From assembly GCA_025457615.1 (NCBI GenBank), contig JALOTZ010000003.1, forward strand, positions 81,614 to 145,613: a stretch of 64,000 bases of DNA, written 5' to 3'. The translations under genes were made by a program, and so were the position numbers. This DNA comes from Verrucomicrobiota bacterium. Lineage in GTDB: Bacteria > Verrucomicrobiota > Verrucomicrobiia > Limisphaerales > DSYF01. The notes under the pieces were generated by a model. That model ran no database searches. It saw only the letters and a program-made list of their open reading frames with translations, and was not told where the DNA came from. Below are positions 1 through 8,096 of this stretch, piece by piece; the first letter of the stretch is position 1, and each line of letters starts with the position of its first letter.

Positions 1-684
1 TGGCACGATCGCGGCCTTCACACCGAGGCCGAGCATGAACAGCAGGAAAATGACTTGCAGCTCGCCACGGTGGCTGGCCAGGAGTGTTTGGATCACGCCC
101 CGTTCCTTGAACACGACCGGCCCGGCCAGGCTGTGCAGCCACGCCACCGCCAACAGCAGGATGGCCCCGCCCACCAACGTGTAGGTGAGATAGATCTTCC
201 CGCCGCGCAGAGCCTCGGTCGTCCCGCGATGCACAATCAGCGGATACGTCGTGACCGTCAGCAATTCGTAAAACGTGAGGAAGGTCACGAGGTTGGCCGA
301 CAAGGCGATGCCGGTGGTCGCCGTGACGCACAAGCTGAAGAAGCCGAAGAAGCGGCTGCGATGAGGCGAATCCTCCAGGTAGCCAACCGCGTAGAGCGTG
401 GTGCAAAACCAAAGCACGCTGGACAGAGTCACGAAGAGGACCGAGTTCGCATCCGCGCCCAGCGTGAACGGGATGCCGGGCAGGAACTCGAGGGCGATGG
501 AGTAGGTCTGGCCTTGGTGGATGCCCCACAGCAACGCCGCCACGAGGATCAATTTCACTCCCGCGCCGAGCAGGTTCAGCCAGGTGCGCAACCGATGGTT
601 CTCCTCCTTCAAGAAAAAGATCACCAGGCCCGTCACGAACGAGCTGAACAGGATGCCGAGCAGCAGAAAGCCGTGGACATTCAT
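1..684 (-). CDS. Second MrpD/NuoN-like proton-conducting membrane subunit. Only the N-terminal part is present; the 3' end runs off the window.
   Basis: My own minus-strand translation from the ATG at 684..682 gives MNVHGFLLLGILFSS...FYELLTVTTYPLIVHRGT. It is polytopic and PF00361-like. An ATGA overlap joins it to the stop of the upstream gene. It is absent from the ORF track because the window edge truncates it. Confidence 0.7.
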   Translation of the reverse strand, partial: MNVHGFLLLGILFSSFVTGLVIFFLKEENHRLRTWLNLLGAGVKLILVAALLWGIHQGQTYSIALEFLPGIPFTLGADANSVLFVTLSSVLWFCTTLYAVGYLEDSPHRSRFFGFFSLCVTATTGIALSANLVTFLTFYELLTVTTYPLIVHRGTTEALRGGKIYLTYTLVGGAILLLAVAWLHSLAGPVVFKERGVIQTLLASHRGELQVIFLLFMLGLGVKAAIVP

Positions 685-2312
685 GGCGCCGCGCCTCCCA
701 GCAGCATCGCCCCAGCCACCGGCGCGCCCACGCGCAGCAACTCGGCCAGCCCGTGCGACGCGAAGCCCAGCCCCACCGCCAGCAGGGCCAGCGCGAGCGC
801 CGTCCATTCCATGACGGGCGCAATCGGATGTGGCTTCCGGGGCTCCTCGACCCGGGTAAACGCGTGAGCGAGGACGCGCGCGACGTAGGCCGCGGCGAGC
901 AGGCTGCCGAGGAGCATGACCGCCACCCACCACCACTGGCCCTGCGCGAGCGCGGCATTCAGCAGCAGCCATTTCCCGGCGAAACCGCTGCTCGGGGGCA
1001 GACCGATCAGGCTCATTCCGGCCAACCCGAAGGCAAACACCGAAACCGGCAGGACATGCGTCATGCCATCGAGGTCCTGGATGCGGTCATGGCCGGCGGC
1101 ATGGAGGATGTTGCCCGCCGTGAGAAACATCGCCGTTTTCGCGCAGGCGTGCGCGCCCAGGAAAATCAAACCACCGCTCCAGGCCGTAAAGCCACCCTCC
1201 GGCGTGGCCGCCAGCGGAAACAGCAGAAAGAGATAGCCGAGTTGCGCGACGGTGGAGTAGGCGATGAGCAGCTTGAGGCGCGACTGAACCAGGGCGTTGA
1301 CCGAGCCCCAGAGGATCGCCGCCGCCCCCAGCAGACCGAAAAGCTGCGCCACCGGCGGCGTCATCAGCGCCGGGAACGCCTCGATCCAAAGCCGGAGCAG
1401 AATGTAGAACGAGCCTTTGACGACCAGCGCCGACAGCAGTGCGCTGACGGGCGCGGGTGCGTTGGCATGCGCCGGCGGCAGCCAGAAGTGCAGCGGGAAC
1501 AGCGCGGCCTTCGCGATCAACCCGCCGGTCATCAGCGCCAGCGCCACCCAGAGCGCCGGCCCGGGCTGGGCCTTGGCCGCGAGTGACGCGAGATCCACGG
1601 TGGCGCACTGCCCGTAAACCAGGCCCACGCCGAGCAGGTAGAACAAGGACGCCGTCAAGCTGACGAACAGGTAACGCAGCGCCGCCGTGAGCGCCGCGCG
1701 TTTGCCGGCCAGCGCCACCAGCGTCACGGCAGCGAAGCCGAGCAGTTCGAGCGTGACGTAGAGGTTGAAGATGTCGGCCGAGAGAAAAAGGGCGTTCAGC
1801 GCGGTCCAGAGAAACAGGAACAGCGGCCAGAAATAACGCTCGCGGTGAAGGGCCGGGTTGCGATCTCCCCGAACAAGTTCGCGTGTTGGACTCTTGAACC
1901 GTAGCGGCGTCTCGGCAGAGCGCCGCACACTGTCTTTGTCCAAGATGGCGGCGCTCAGCCGAGACGCCGCTACGTCGGGGTTCACGGGGAGGGGGCGCTC
2001 CGATTCGTGCGCGGCAAAATACCTCTGTGCATAGAGCGAAACCGCCAGCCCAATCAGCGCCGTGATCAGCAGCATCAAGACGCTGAGGCCGTCGGCCCGG
2101 AGGTCAATGCCCAGGGGCGGGCCCCAGCCGCCAACCCGGTGGATTTGCACGCCGTCCGTGAGCACCTTCCACGTCAGTTGAACACTGGCCCCGCCGACCA
2201 CGGCGACCGTGCCGAGGGCCAGCCAGCGTCCGCACCTGGGAAAGGCGAAGACCAGCGCCGCCGCGGCGAGCGGCGAGAGGATCAGCAAGGCGATGGCCCA
2301 GGCGGCGGTCAT
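681..2312 (-). CDS. mrpD: Mrp/Mnh antiporter subunit D-like (NuoN/ND2 family), 543 aa, with a ~55-aa in-frame insertion
   Basis: ORF track. Motifs DIFNLYVTLELLGF and KAALFPLHFWLPPAHANAPAPVSALLSALVVKG are typical of proton-conducting subunits. It has 4-nt overlaps with both neighbours. Confidence 0.85.
   Translation of the reverse strand: MTAAWAIALLILSPLAAAALVFAFPRCGRWLALGTVAVVGGASVQLTWKVLTDGVQIHRVGGWGPPLGIDLRADGLSVLMLLITALIGLAVSLYAQRYFAAHESERPLPVNPDVAASRLSAAILDKDSVRRSAETPLRFKSPTRELVRGDRNPALHRERYFWPLFLFLWTALNALFLSADIFNLYVTLELLGFAAVTLVALAGKRAALTAALRYLFVSLTASLFYLLGVGLVYGQCATVDLASLAAKAQPGPALWVALALMTGGLIAKAALFPLHFWLPPAHANAPAPVSALLSALVVKGSFYILLRLWIEAFPALMTPPVAQLFGLLGAAAILWGSVNALVQSRLKLLIAYSTVAQLGYLFLLFPLAATPEGGFTAWSGGLIFLGAHACAKTAMFLTAGNILHAAGHDRIQDLDGMTHVLPVSVFAFGLAGMSLIGLPPSSGFAGKWLLLNAALAQGQWWWVAVMLLGSLLAAAYVARVLAHAFTRVEEPRKPHPIAPVMEWTALALALLAVGLGFASHGLAELLRVGAPVAGAMLLGGAAP
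1901..1973. repeat. 73-nt near-perfect palindrome (26-nt arms, 25/26 paired, 21-nt loop) inside the mrpD coding sequence
   Basis: GTAGCGGCGTCTCGGCAGAGCGCCGC at 1901-1926 pairs with GCGGCGCTCAGCCGAGACGCCGCTAC at 1948-1973. Read directly from the sequence. Confidence 0.9.
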
Positions 2313-2683
2313 GCGGAGGGTGTTCCCTTGTGGTGCTCGCTCGGAGCCGGACTTGCATCCGGGAGGTCAGCGGCATCCTCGTGGTCTCCAAGTTCCACCC
2401 TGCCCGTCGCCGCTTGCACGCGGTCCGCCAGCGCCAGCGCGAGGCCCGTCGCGCAGACAGAAACCACGATGCCGGTCAGCACCATCGCTTGGGGAACGGG
2501 GTCCGGAATCGGGCCGGGGGTTTGCGCGCCGAGGGCGATGTACACCAGGAACACGCCGCTGCCCATGACGTTCAAGGCCATGACGCGACGCAGCAGATGC
2601 GTCTGGACCAACAGCGAGTAGAAGCCGATGGCAAAAAGCGCCACGCCGGCGAGCAGGTAGATTCGATGGTCGGCGTCAGGCAT
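2309..2683 (-). CDS. mrpC: Mrp/Mnh antiporter subunit C (NuoK-like)
   Basis: 124 aa with three TM segments (LLAGVALFAIGFYSLLV, LNVMGSGVFLVYIALG, QAMVLTGIVVSV). ATGA overlap with mrpD. Confidence 0.8.
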   Translation of the reverse strand: MPDADHRIYLLAGVALFAIGFYSLLVQTHLLRRVMALNVMGSGVFLVYIALGAQTPGPIPDPVPQAMVLTGIVVSVCATGLALALADRVQAATGRVELGDHEDAADLPDASPAPSEHHKGTPSA

Positions 2684-2839
2684 GGCGCGCGAGCGAAGTC
2701 CGAAGTCCGGAGTCCGAAGTCCGAAGGAAGCTCGACATCCGAAATCGGGAACGTGAAACAGCGCGCTGCGGGCGAAGCCTCGGGCTTCGGGCTTCGGGCT
2801 TCGAACTTCTTTCGGACTTTGGACTTCGGACTTCGAATT
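2684..2839. repeat. Intergenic heptamer-array inverted repeat between mrpB and mrpC
   Basis: (CGAAGTC)x4.7 at 2694-2727 faces GACTTCG-type units at 2806-2835. (GGGCTTC)x3 lies at 2782-2802 in the spacer. Confidence 0.9.
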
Positions 2840-3496
2840 TCACGTGTCCTCCTCCGGTCTGCCTCCGAGATAGAGCAGGCCGAGCGTCAGCCCGATGGAG
2901 ATGAGCGCGGCGGATTCGATGACCATGATCCAGGTGCCGCCGGTGCCGGGGGGGTATTGGAGGAGTCCACCGGTCAGCCGCAGCGTGATGGCGCACACCG
3001 TGGCGAAGACCAGCACCCCCAGCCCGAGGCCCGCGCGCAGGAGGCCTGCGCGGTTGACGAGGCGCCGCGCAAGTCCGCCGAGCATCACCAGCACGAGGGC
3101 CCCGCCCAGCAATGCGCCGCCCTGAAACGCCCCGCCCGGGGCGAAGGCGCCGATCCAAAGCAGGTAACCCGCCGCCAGCACCAGCACAGGCAGGACGACG
3201 CGGAGCAGCGACAGCAGCAGCGGACGGTCGCGCCGATCGGCGGCGGGCCATTCGCCGCGACGCAGCGACCACACGCCCACGATGGCCAGCAGCAGCACGC
3301 CGACTTCGAGCAGCGTGTCGTAGCCGCGATAGTTGAGCAGCACGGCGGTGACGGGATTCGACACCCCGCTTTCCGGAAGCCTCGCCAGCGACGCCTCGGT
3401 CAGGCCCTTGGGTTGTGCCGGGAGCGAAAGCACCGCCCAACTCAGCGCCGCAAGCAATGCGAGCGAAAGGATCCCGACGGAAATGCGGCGCATCAT
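2840..3496 (-). CDS. mrpB: Mrp/Mnh antiporter subunit B (MnhB domain)
   Basis: 218 aa. The NPVTAVLLNYRGYDTLLEVGVLLLAIVG motif is characteristic of the MnhB domain. It overlaps the upstream DUF4040 gene by 4 nt. Confidence 0.8.
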   Translation of the reverse strand: MMRRISVGILSLALLAALSWAVLSLPAQPKGLTEASLARLPESGVSNPVTAVLLNYRGYDTLLEVGVLLLAIVGVWSLRRGEWPAADRRDRPLLLSLLRVVLPVLVLAAGYLLWIGAFAPGGAFQGGALLGGALVLVMLGGLARRLVNRAGLLRAGLGLGVLVFATVCAITLRLTGGLLQYPPGTGGTWIMVIESAALISIGLTLGLLYLGGRPEEDT

Positions 3497-3771
3497 GTTG
3501 ACTCCTCCGGTCGCTTCCCAGTCGCGGCTGGTTCCCGCCTGCGCATTCGCAGCAGCGCCGACAGGATGAGCGCGCCGGTCAGGCCGGAGCCCACCGCCGC
3601 TTCGGCCAGCGCCACGTCCGGCGCACGCAGCCGCACCCAGGCCACGGCGATCAGCAGGCCGAGGGCGATGAATTTGATCACGCCGCGGAACAAGTCGCGG
3701 TCATTCAACGCGCGCCACCCGAGCACCACGATGACGAGGAGCAGGATCCCGTCGAAGACTTGCAGCCTCAT
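3493..3771 (-). CDS. DUF4040 small membrane protein (MbhD / MrpA C-terminal-like)
   Basis: This is the last 92 codons of ORF 3493..4389, starting at the ATG at 3771: MRLQVFDGILLLVIVVLGWRALNDRDLFRGVIKFIALGLL. ATGA overlap with the mrpG stop. Confidence 0.65.
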   Translation of the reverse strand: MRLQVFDGILLLVIVVLGWRALNDRDLFRGVIKFIALGLLIAVAWVRLRAPDVALAEAAVGSGLTGALILSALLRMRRREPAATGKRPEEST

Positions 3772-4175
3772 GGCGATGTCCTTCCTTTGGTCCCGTCGTA
3801 GCAGCCGACGTGAGTCGGCTCTAACAGCTTCCCGAGTTCCACTGGAGCGGACTCCCGTCCGCTGCCACCCGCGTGCAAGTGGGTCCACGGTTTCACCCCA
3901 CGCCGGTAAGCCTCGTTGCCGATGAGGAAGCAGACCGTTGCGCTCGCCGCGAGCACCAGCACCCAGATCAAACCGAGCTTGAAGACCTCGGAGCCGCTTT
4001 CCGCCTGCAGCATCAGCGCCAGCACGGTGAGCCCGAGTCCGACGTTGTCCGCTTTTGTCAGCGCATGGAGACGCGAGTAAATATCCGGGAAACGCAACAA
4101 GCCCACCGTCCCGGAGACGAAGAAGAACAGCGCGGCAGCGAGCAGCACGCCGGTGAGGACCTCCAGCACGATCAT
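3768..4175 (-). CDS. mrpG: Mrp/Mnh antiporter subunit G with a ~30-aa C-terminal tail encoded by hairpin repeats
   Basis: 135 aa. FFVSGTVGLLRFPDIYSRLHALTKADNVGLGL is MnhG-like. The tail HAGGSGRESAPVELGKLLEPTHVGCYDG overlies perfect 7-bp hairpins at 3803-3820 and 3846-3863. Confidence 0.8.
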   Translation of the reverse strand: MIVLEVLTGVLLAAALFFFVSGTVGLLRFPDIYSRLHALTKADNVGLGLTVLALMLQAESGSEVFKLGLIWVLVLAASATVCFLIGNEAYRRGVKPWTHLHAGGSGRESAPVELGKLLEPTHVGCYDGTKGRTSP

Positions 4176-4453
4176 GGCTTCCGGTCCTCCTTTGAATCAT
4201 TGTCCGGCCAGCCGCGCAACACGAACGCCACGCCCAGCACGGCGGCCAGCAGCGCGAACACGAGTGCGATGTCCAGCGCGCGGCCCATGCCGAGTCCCTT
4301 GCCCAGTGCCAGCACCAGCGCGACGCCGGTGCTGCCAAAAAGCAGCGCCGCCAGCAGGCTGTCCGCCCGGCCCGGCTGGCGGAAGACATGGCCCAAGCCC
4401 ACGACGATGGTCAGCAGCAGCGCGACCGCGGCACTGAGGTAGAGCACACTCAC
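4172..4453 (-). CDS. mrpF: Mrp/Mnh antiporter subunit F
   Basis: A GTG at 4453 overlaps the mrpE stop (GTGA). The product is a 93-aa three-TM protein: SVLYLSAAVALLLTIVVGLGHVFRQPGRADSLLAALLFGSTG. It is the C-terminal part of ORF 4172..4867. Confidence 0.7.
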   Translation of the reverse strand: MSVLYLSAAVALLLTIVVGLGHVFRQPGRADSLLAALLFGSTGVALVLALGKGLGMGRALDIALVFALLAAVLGVAFVLRGWPDNDSKEDRKP

Positions 4454-4989
4454 GACGCCGTCTCCTTTGGCCCCGGGAGCACCAGCCCGAACAACGCGGC
4501 CACGCGGTCCTCCAGTTCGCGGAGTTCCTCCTCGACGCGCGGCGAGAAATCCAGCGCATGGACGCAGAGGCTCTCTTCCGCGATCGCCACCACGGCGGTG
4601 CCCGGCAGCAGGCTGATGGCGCTGCAGAAAAACAAACGGGCGGCGCCCGGTGGCAGATGGAGCGGGACGCAGACGATGGCCGGTGACAGAGCCACCTTCG
4701 GCGAGAGGGCACGCCAAGCCACATCCCAGCCGCCGCGCAAGGACTCGCGCAGAAACCATCCGGCGAAGGCGATCGCGCCTCCCACCGACCAATGCCAGGA
4801 AAGCGTGGGGAGCAGCTTCACGCTGATCCAGGCCGCCGCGAACGCCACCGGCCCGCCGACGATCCATGAACTCCAGTCCGTCCCGTTCAACCCGAGCCAG
4901 AGGAGCGCCATCAGGGCGAGACGCGGGAGAAATCGTCCCGCGAGCGCGGGAAAGCGGGGAGGTTGAGCTTGCTGGGGAATTGCGGTCAT
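4450..4989 (-). CDS. mrpE: Mrp/Mnh antiporter subunit E
   Basis: ORF 4450..5031. The internal ATG at 4989 avoids overlap with the upstream CaCA gene. It is MnhE-like (WIVGGPVAFAAAWISVKL ... LLPGTAVVAI). The start codon is uncertain. Confidence 0.65.
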   Translation of the reverse strand: MTAIPQQAQPPRFPALAGRFLPRLALMALLWLGLNGTDWSSWIVGGPVAFAAAWISVKLLPTLSWHWSVGGAIAFAGWFLRESLRGGWDVAWRALSPKVALSPAIVCVPLHLPPGAARLFFCSAISLLPGTAVVAIAEESLCVHALDFSPRVEEELRELEDRVAALFGLVLPGPKETAS

Positions 4990-4996
4990 GCGCGGT

Positions 4997-5968
4997 TCAG
5001 GATTTCGGCCAGAGATGCCACAGGTAGCCACCGTAGCTGGCCAGGAGCAGCGCGCCTTCCCAGCGGCGCAGCTTGAAGCCCGTCCAGGCGATCACCAGCA
5101 GCACGAGGGAAATGCCGATCATGACGAGCGTGTCCGTCTGGCTCACGCCCTGGCCGTTGATGGGCGGGGCGATGACGCCGCTGACGCTGAGGATCGCCAG
5201 GATGTTGTAGATGTTCGAGCCGACGACGTTCCCGATGGCGATGTCGGGTTGCTTGCGCCAGGCCGCCATGAGCGAAGACGCCAGTTCCGGCAGGCTGGTG
5301 CCGGCGGCGACGATGGTCAGGCCGATGAGGGCTTCGCTCATCTTCAGCAGCCGGGCGAGATCCACGGCGCCGGCCACAAACAGGCGCGACCCCAGCACCA
5401 AGACCGCCAGTCCAGCCACAATCAATCCCGCGTCTTTCCACGCTGAACCGGTCGGTTGGGGAACGCTCCCGCCAAACTCCCGCTGGACTTCCACGCTGGC
5501 TTGCCGGCGGGCGAGCCGGATGTTCAAGATCGTGTATCCGACGATGGCCGCGAGGAACACGAGCGCCTCCCAGAGTTGGATTTGTCCATCGCGGAAGAAC
5601 ACCAGAAACAGCAACGCGACACCGACCATCACCGGGGTGTCGAACTTGAGAAGCTGCAGTTGCACCCGCATCGGGCAGATCAGTGCGGTGAGGCCGAGGA
5701 TGACGCCGATGTTGAAGATGTTCGAGCCGACGGCGTTTCCGATGGCAATGGCGCCCTGTCCTTTGGCGGCAGCCATGGAACTGACGATCAACTCGGGGGT
5801 GCTGGTGCCGTAAGCCACCACGGTCAGCCCGACCAGCAGCGGGGTCACCCCGAGCCGCACGGCCAGCGAGGCGCCGCCGCGCACGAGCCACTCGGCACCG
5901 AAGTAGAGGGCCACGAGACCCGTCAGCAGCATGAAGGTGATGACCATCGATTCCGGGCAGGCTGCCAA
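4997..5968 (-). CDS. Ca2+/Na+ antiporter, CaCA (YrbG-like) family
   Basis: 323 aa. It carries two alpha-repeat motifs, GNAVGSNIFNIGVILG and GNVVGSNIYNILAIL, and has about 10 TM segments. Confidence 0.85.
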   Translation of the reverse strand: MAACPESMVITFMLLTGLVALYFGAEWLVRGGASLAVRLGVTPLLVGLTVVAYGTSTPELIVSSMAAAKGQGAIAIGNAVGSNIFNIGVILGLTALICPMRVQLQLLKFDTPVMVGVALLFLVFFRDGQIQLWEALVFLAAIVGYTILNIRLARRQASVEVQREFGGSVPQPTGSAWKDAGLIVAGLAVLVLGSRLFVAGAVDLARLLKMSEALIGLTIVAAGTSLPELASSLMAAWRKQPDIAIGNVVGSNIYNILAILSVSGVIAPPINGQGVSQTDTLVMIGISLVLLVIAWTGFKLRRWEGALLLASYGGYLWHLWPKS

Positions 5969-5977
5969 AACGGGTCG

Positions 5978-6901
5978 CTATTGACCAGTGTCGCCTGCAG
6001 GGCTTATCCCAGCGGAAGCCTCCGGCGGCCGGACCACCAAGGCGGAACAGGGGATTTCGCGGAGCAACCGCTCGACTGTCGAGCCGAGCAGGACGTAGCC
6101 CAGGTTGCTGCGACCCTTCGTCCCCAGGACCACCAGGTCGGCGCCGACTCGACGCGCGTATTCCGCAATGCCATGACCGTGGTTGGCCGCCTCGACCACC
6201 GCGAACCGGGCCGTCCGCCCCGCGGTGTCGCCGACGAATTCGCGCAGTCGCTGCTCCAGGGCCTGGCGGTATTGCGCCGCCTTTTCCTCATCCACTTCCC
6301 AGGCATCCGGAACAAGGGCGTAGCGGCCCCACGAACCGGTGAAAACATGGAGGAAATGCACCTGACTGTCGTCCTGCGCCGCCACGCGCAACGCCTGCGC
6401 CACGGCCCCGCGGCATTGATCGGAAAAATCCACGCCGGCGACCACCTTCCGAAAAGGACCGTCGTGACCCTGGTGAACCAGCATCACTTGGGTGGACGCC
6501 TTCCGCAGGCACTTGGTGGCCAGCGTGCCCGCGCCCATGGGAATCATGGACGAGCCGGTCACACCCAACACGAGCAGGTCGGCCTTGGTCTCGCGCACGC
6601 GGCGGAGAACACAGTCAACGGGCGTGCCCAAGTCCACCAGGGCCTGTGCGTCTGAAGAAGCCCCGGCCTCGGCCAGCCAGCGCTGCAGGCGATGTTTCGC
6701 TTCGGCCACCGCGTCCTGCTCCAGTCGTTCCTGCGGAATGTGGCTGGCATACGCGGCGTCGCTGAGGGTGAGATACTCCACGCTATGCAGGGCGTGGAGA
6801 TGGGCGTGGTTCCACTTGGCCAGGCGCACGGCTTGTGCGAGCGCGCTGCGGGAGCAGTCCGAGAAGTCGGCGCCCACGAGAATGGTCTTGAGTTTGTTCA
6901 T
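5978..6901 (-). CDS. Tandem universal stress protein (two Usp domains)
   Basis: ORF 5978..6925. The likely start is MNKLKTILVGADFS at 6901, which gives an ATGA overlap with the upstream ORF. The pattern VLGVTGSS / VLGTKGRS is repeated. Confidence 0.8.
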   Translation of the reverse strand: MNKLKTILVGADFSDCSRSALAQAVRLAKWNHAHLHALHSVEYLTLSDAAYASHIPQERLEQDAVAEAKHRLQRWLAEAGASSDAQALVDLGTPVDCVLRRVRETKADLLVLGVTGSSMIPMGAGTLATKCLRKASTQVMLVHQGHDGPFRKVVAGVDFSDQCRGAVAQALRVAAQDDSQVHFLHVFTGSWGRYALVPDAWEVDEEKAAQYRQALEQRLREFVGDTAGRTARFAVVEAANHGHGIAEYARRVGADLVVLGTKGRSNLGYVLLGSTVERLLREIPCSALVVRPPEASAGISPAGDTGQ

Positions 6902-7245
6902 GGTTTCTCGGGGTGGAGTGTGCAATCAGATGCAGGCTTCTTCGAGGACAATTTCTTGTACCGCTCGCGCAACCACGCCAGCCAGCGCCGCGCCCAAAGA
7001 AATTCGACGGCTAGGATTGCCAGCGCGGCGGGAATCACCACAAGGGCCGGTCCCGGCAGAAAAAGCATCGCCACTCCAGCAATCAGCAGGGCGCCGCCCA
7101 GGAATCGCCCCCAGACATTTTCGCGGTAGAATCATGATGCATTTCCAGCTTTGAGCGGCCTTGCGGGCGACGTGCCGATTCCCAGCGCGAGCATCGCGAA
7201 GGCGAACACGTTGAACCCGATCCAGCGCCAGTCTTGTTCAGTCAT
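6898..7245 (-). pseudogene. PGPGW-family small membrane protein reading frame interrupted by an in-frame TGA at 7132-7134
   Basis: ORF 7132..7314 (MTEQDWRWIGFNVFAFAMLALGIG...KAGNAS*) continues in the same frame as FYRENVWGRFLGGALLIAGVAMLFLPGPALVVIPAALAILAVEFLWARRWL. There is no ATG/GTG/TTG before the first TM of the downstream part. Confidence 0.5.
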
Positions 7246-7433
7246 ATCGTTCCGTTCAACGCCGCCAAGATAACCGCGCCTGCCTGGGCCGCTAATCGGT
7301 AATTCAGAAGCCACCGTTAGGATTTACCGAAGCGTCGGCGGGAGGACGGAAACCAGTAGAGTCGAGAGGAAAGCACGGAATGAAAGCCCCGAAGACCCAT
7401 GACCGCCGCTTCCCTCGCCCTCGTCGAACCGGA

Positions 7434-7952
7434 CACGCGCATCCGCACACAAGCCCTGAGCTTGTCTTGGGGAATGCTATCGAAGCAGCCAGCCAGGTCC
7501 GCGTCATACACCGCCGTCTGGCCCGCCCTCAGATGCGTTTGGATGATGCGCAGCGCGTCGTGGGCCGACCTGCCGGGTCGAAACCCGTGCGAGCCATCCG
7601 TAAAGTCCGCTTCGAAGATTGGCTCCAGTATCAGCAACACCGCTGCCTGCACCACCCGGTCCCGCACCGTCGGGATGCCCAACAGCCTCAGCTTTCCATT
7701 GGGCTTGGGGATATAGACCCGGCGCACCGCTTGGGCGCGATAAGTCCGTTCCTGCAAGCTCCGCTGGATGTCGTCCAGAAAGGCCGCCTCGCTTTCCGGC
7801 TTGGCGGTAATCTGTCCGATGCTCACTCCATCTACGCCCGGCGCCCCGTCGTCGCGCCGCGCCGCCGCCCAGGCAGCTTCCCGCACATCCCGCCGACACA
7901 CCAGACCGTAGAGACTGTAGAAGCGAATCCCGAATGCCGAGAACTCGGAAAG
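7434..7952 (-). pseudogene. Truncated group II intron-type reverse transcriptase fragment (RT motifs 1-4 only; no YADD, X or En domains)
   Basis: Within ORF 7317..8453: [15 protein letters not shown]...GAPGVDG...[26 protein letters not shown]...[13 protein letters not shown]...[17 protein letters not shown]. Homology then stops. The upstream part of the ORF is antisense to the ATPase gene. Confidence 0.7.
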
Positions 7953-8096
7953 GGCCAAGCGCGCCGCCCGCCCACGCGTTTGCGGAGGGTGGCTCAAATG
8001 CAGGCCGGCGGTCGCTGAGTGTCGCGACCACGAGGAGGCGCAACAGCCGCGCAAGGGTGAAACATTGCCCTTGATTCTGGAAGCATCACTTCCAAA

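Noticed and set aside
55-867. 270-aa plus-strand ORF at the window start
   Set aside because: The opposite strand encodes MrpD-like membrane proteins joined by an ATGA overlap. This ORF is an arginine- and glutamine-rich shadow frame.
2684-2839. CRISPR-like array (also considered for 45597-45673, 47578-47702 and 53711-53755)
   Set aside because: The repeat period is only 7-9 nt, the units are contiguous with no spacers, and no cas genes are present.
7132-7134. Selenocysteine (UGA recoding) in the PGPGW gene
   Set aside because: I saw no convincing SECIS-like stem-loop immediately downstream, and no selenoprotein precedent for this family comes to mind. A nonsense mutation or a sequencing error is simpler.
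6926-7135. 69-aa minus-strand ORF starting at ATG 7135
   Set aside because: It is out of frame with the clear PGPGW motif read from the same DNA, and its sequence is not protein-like.
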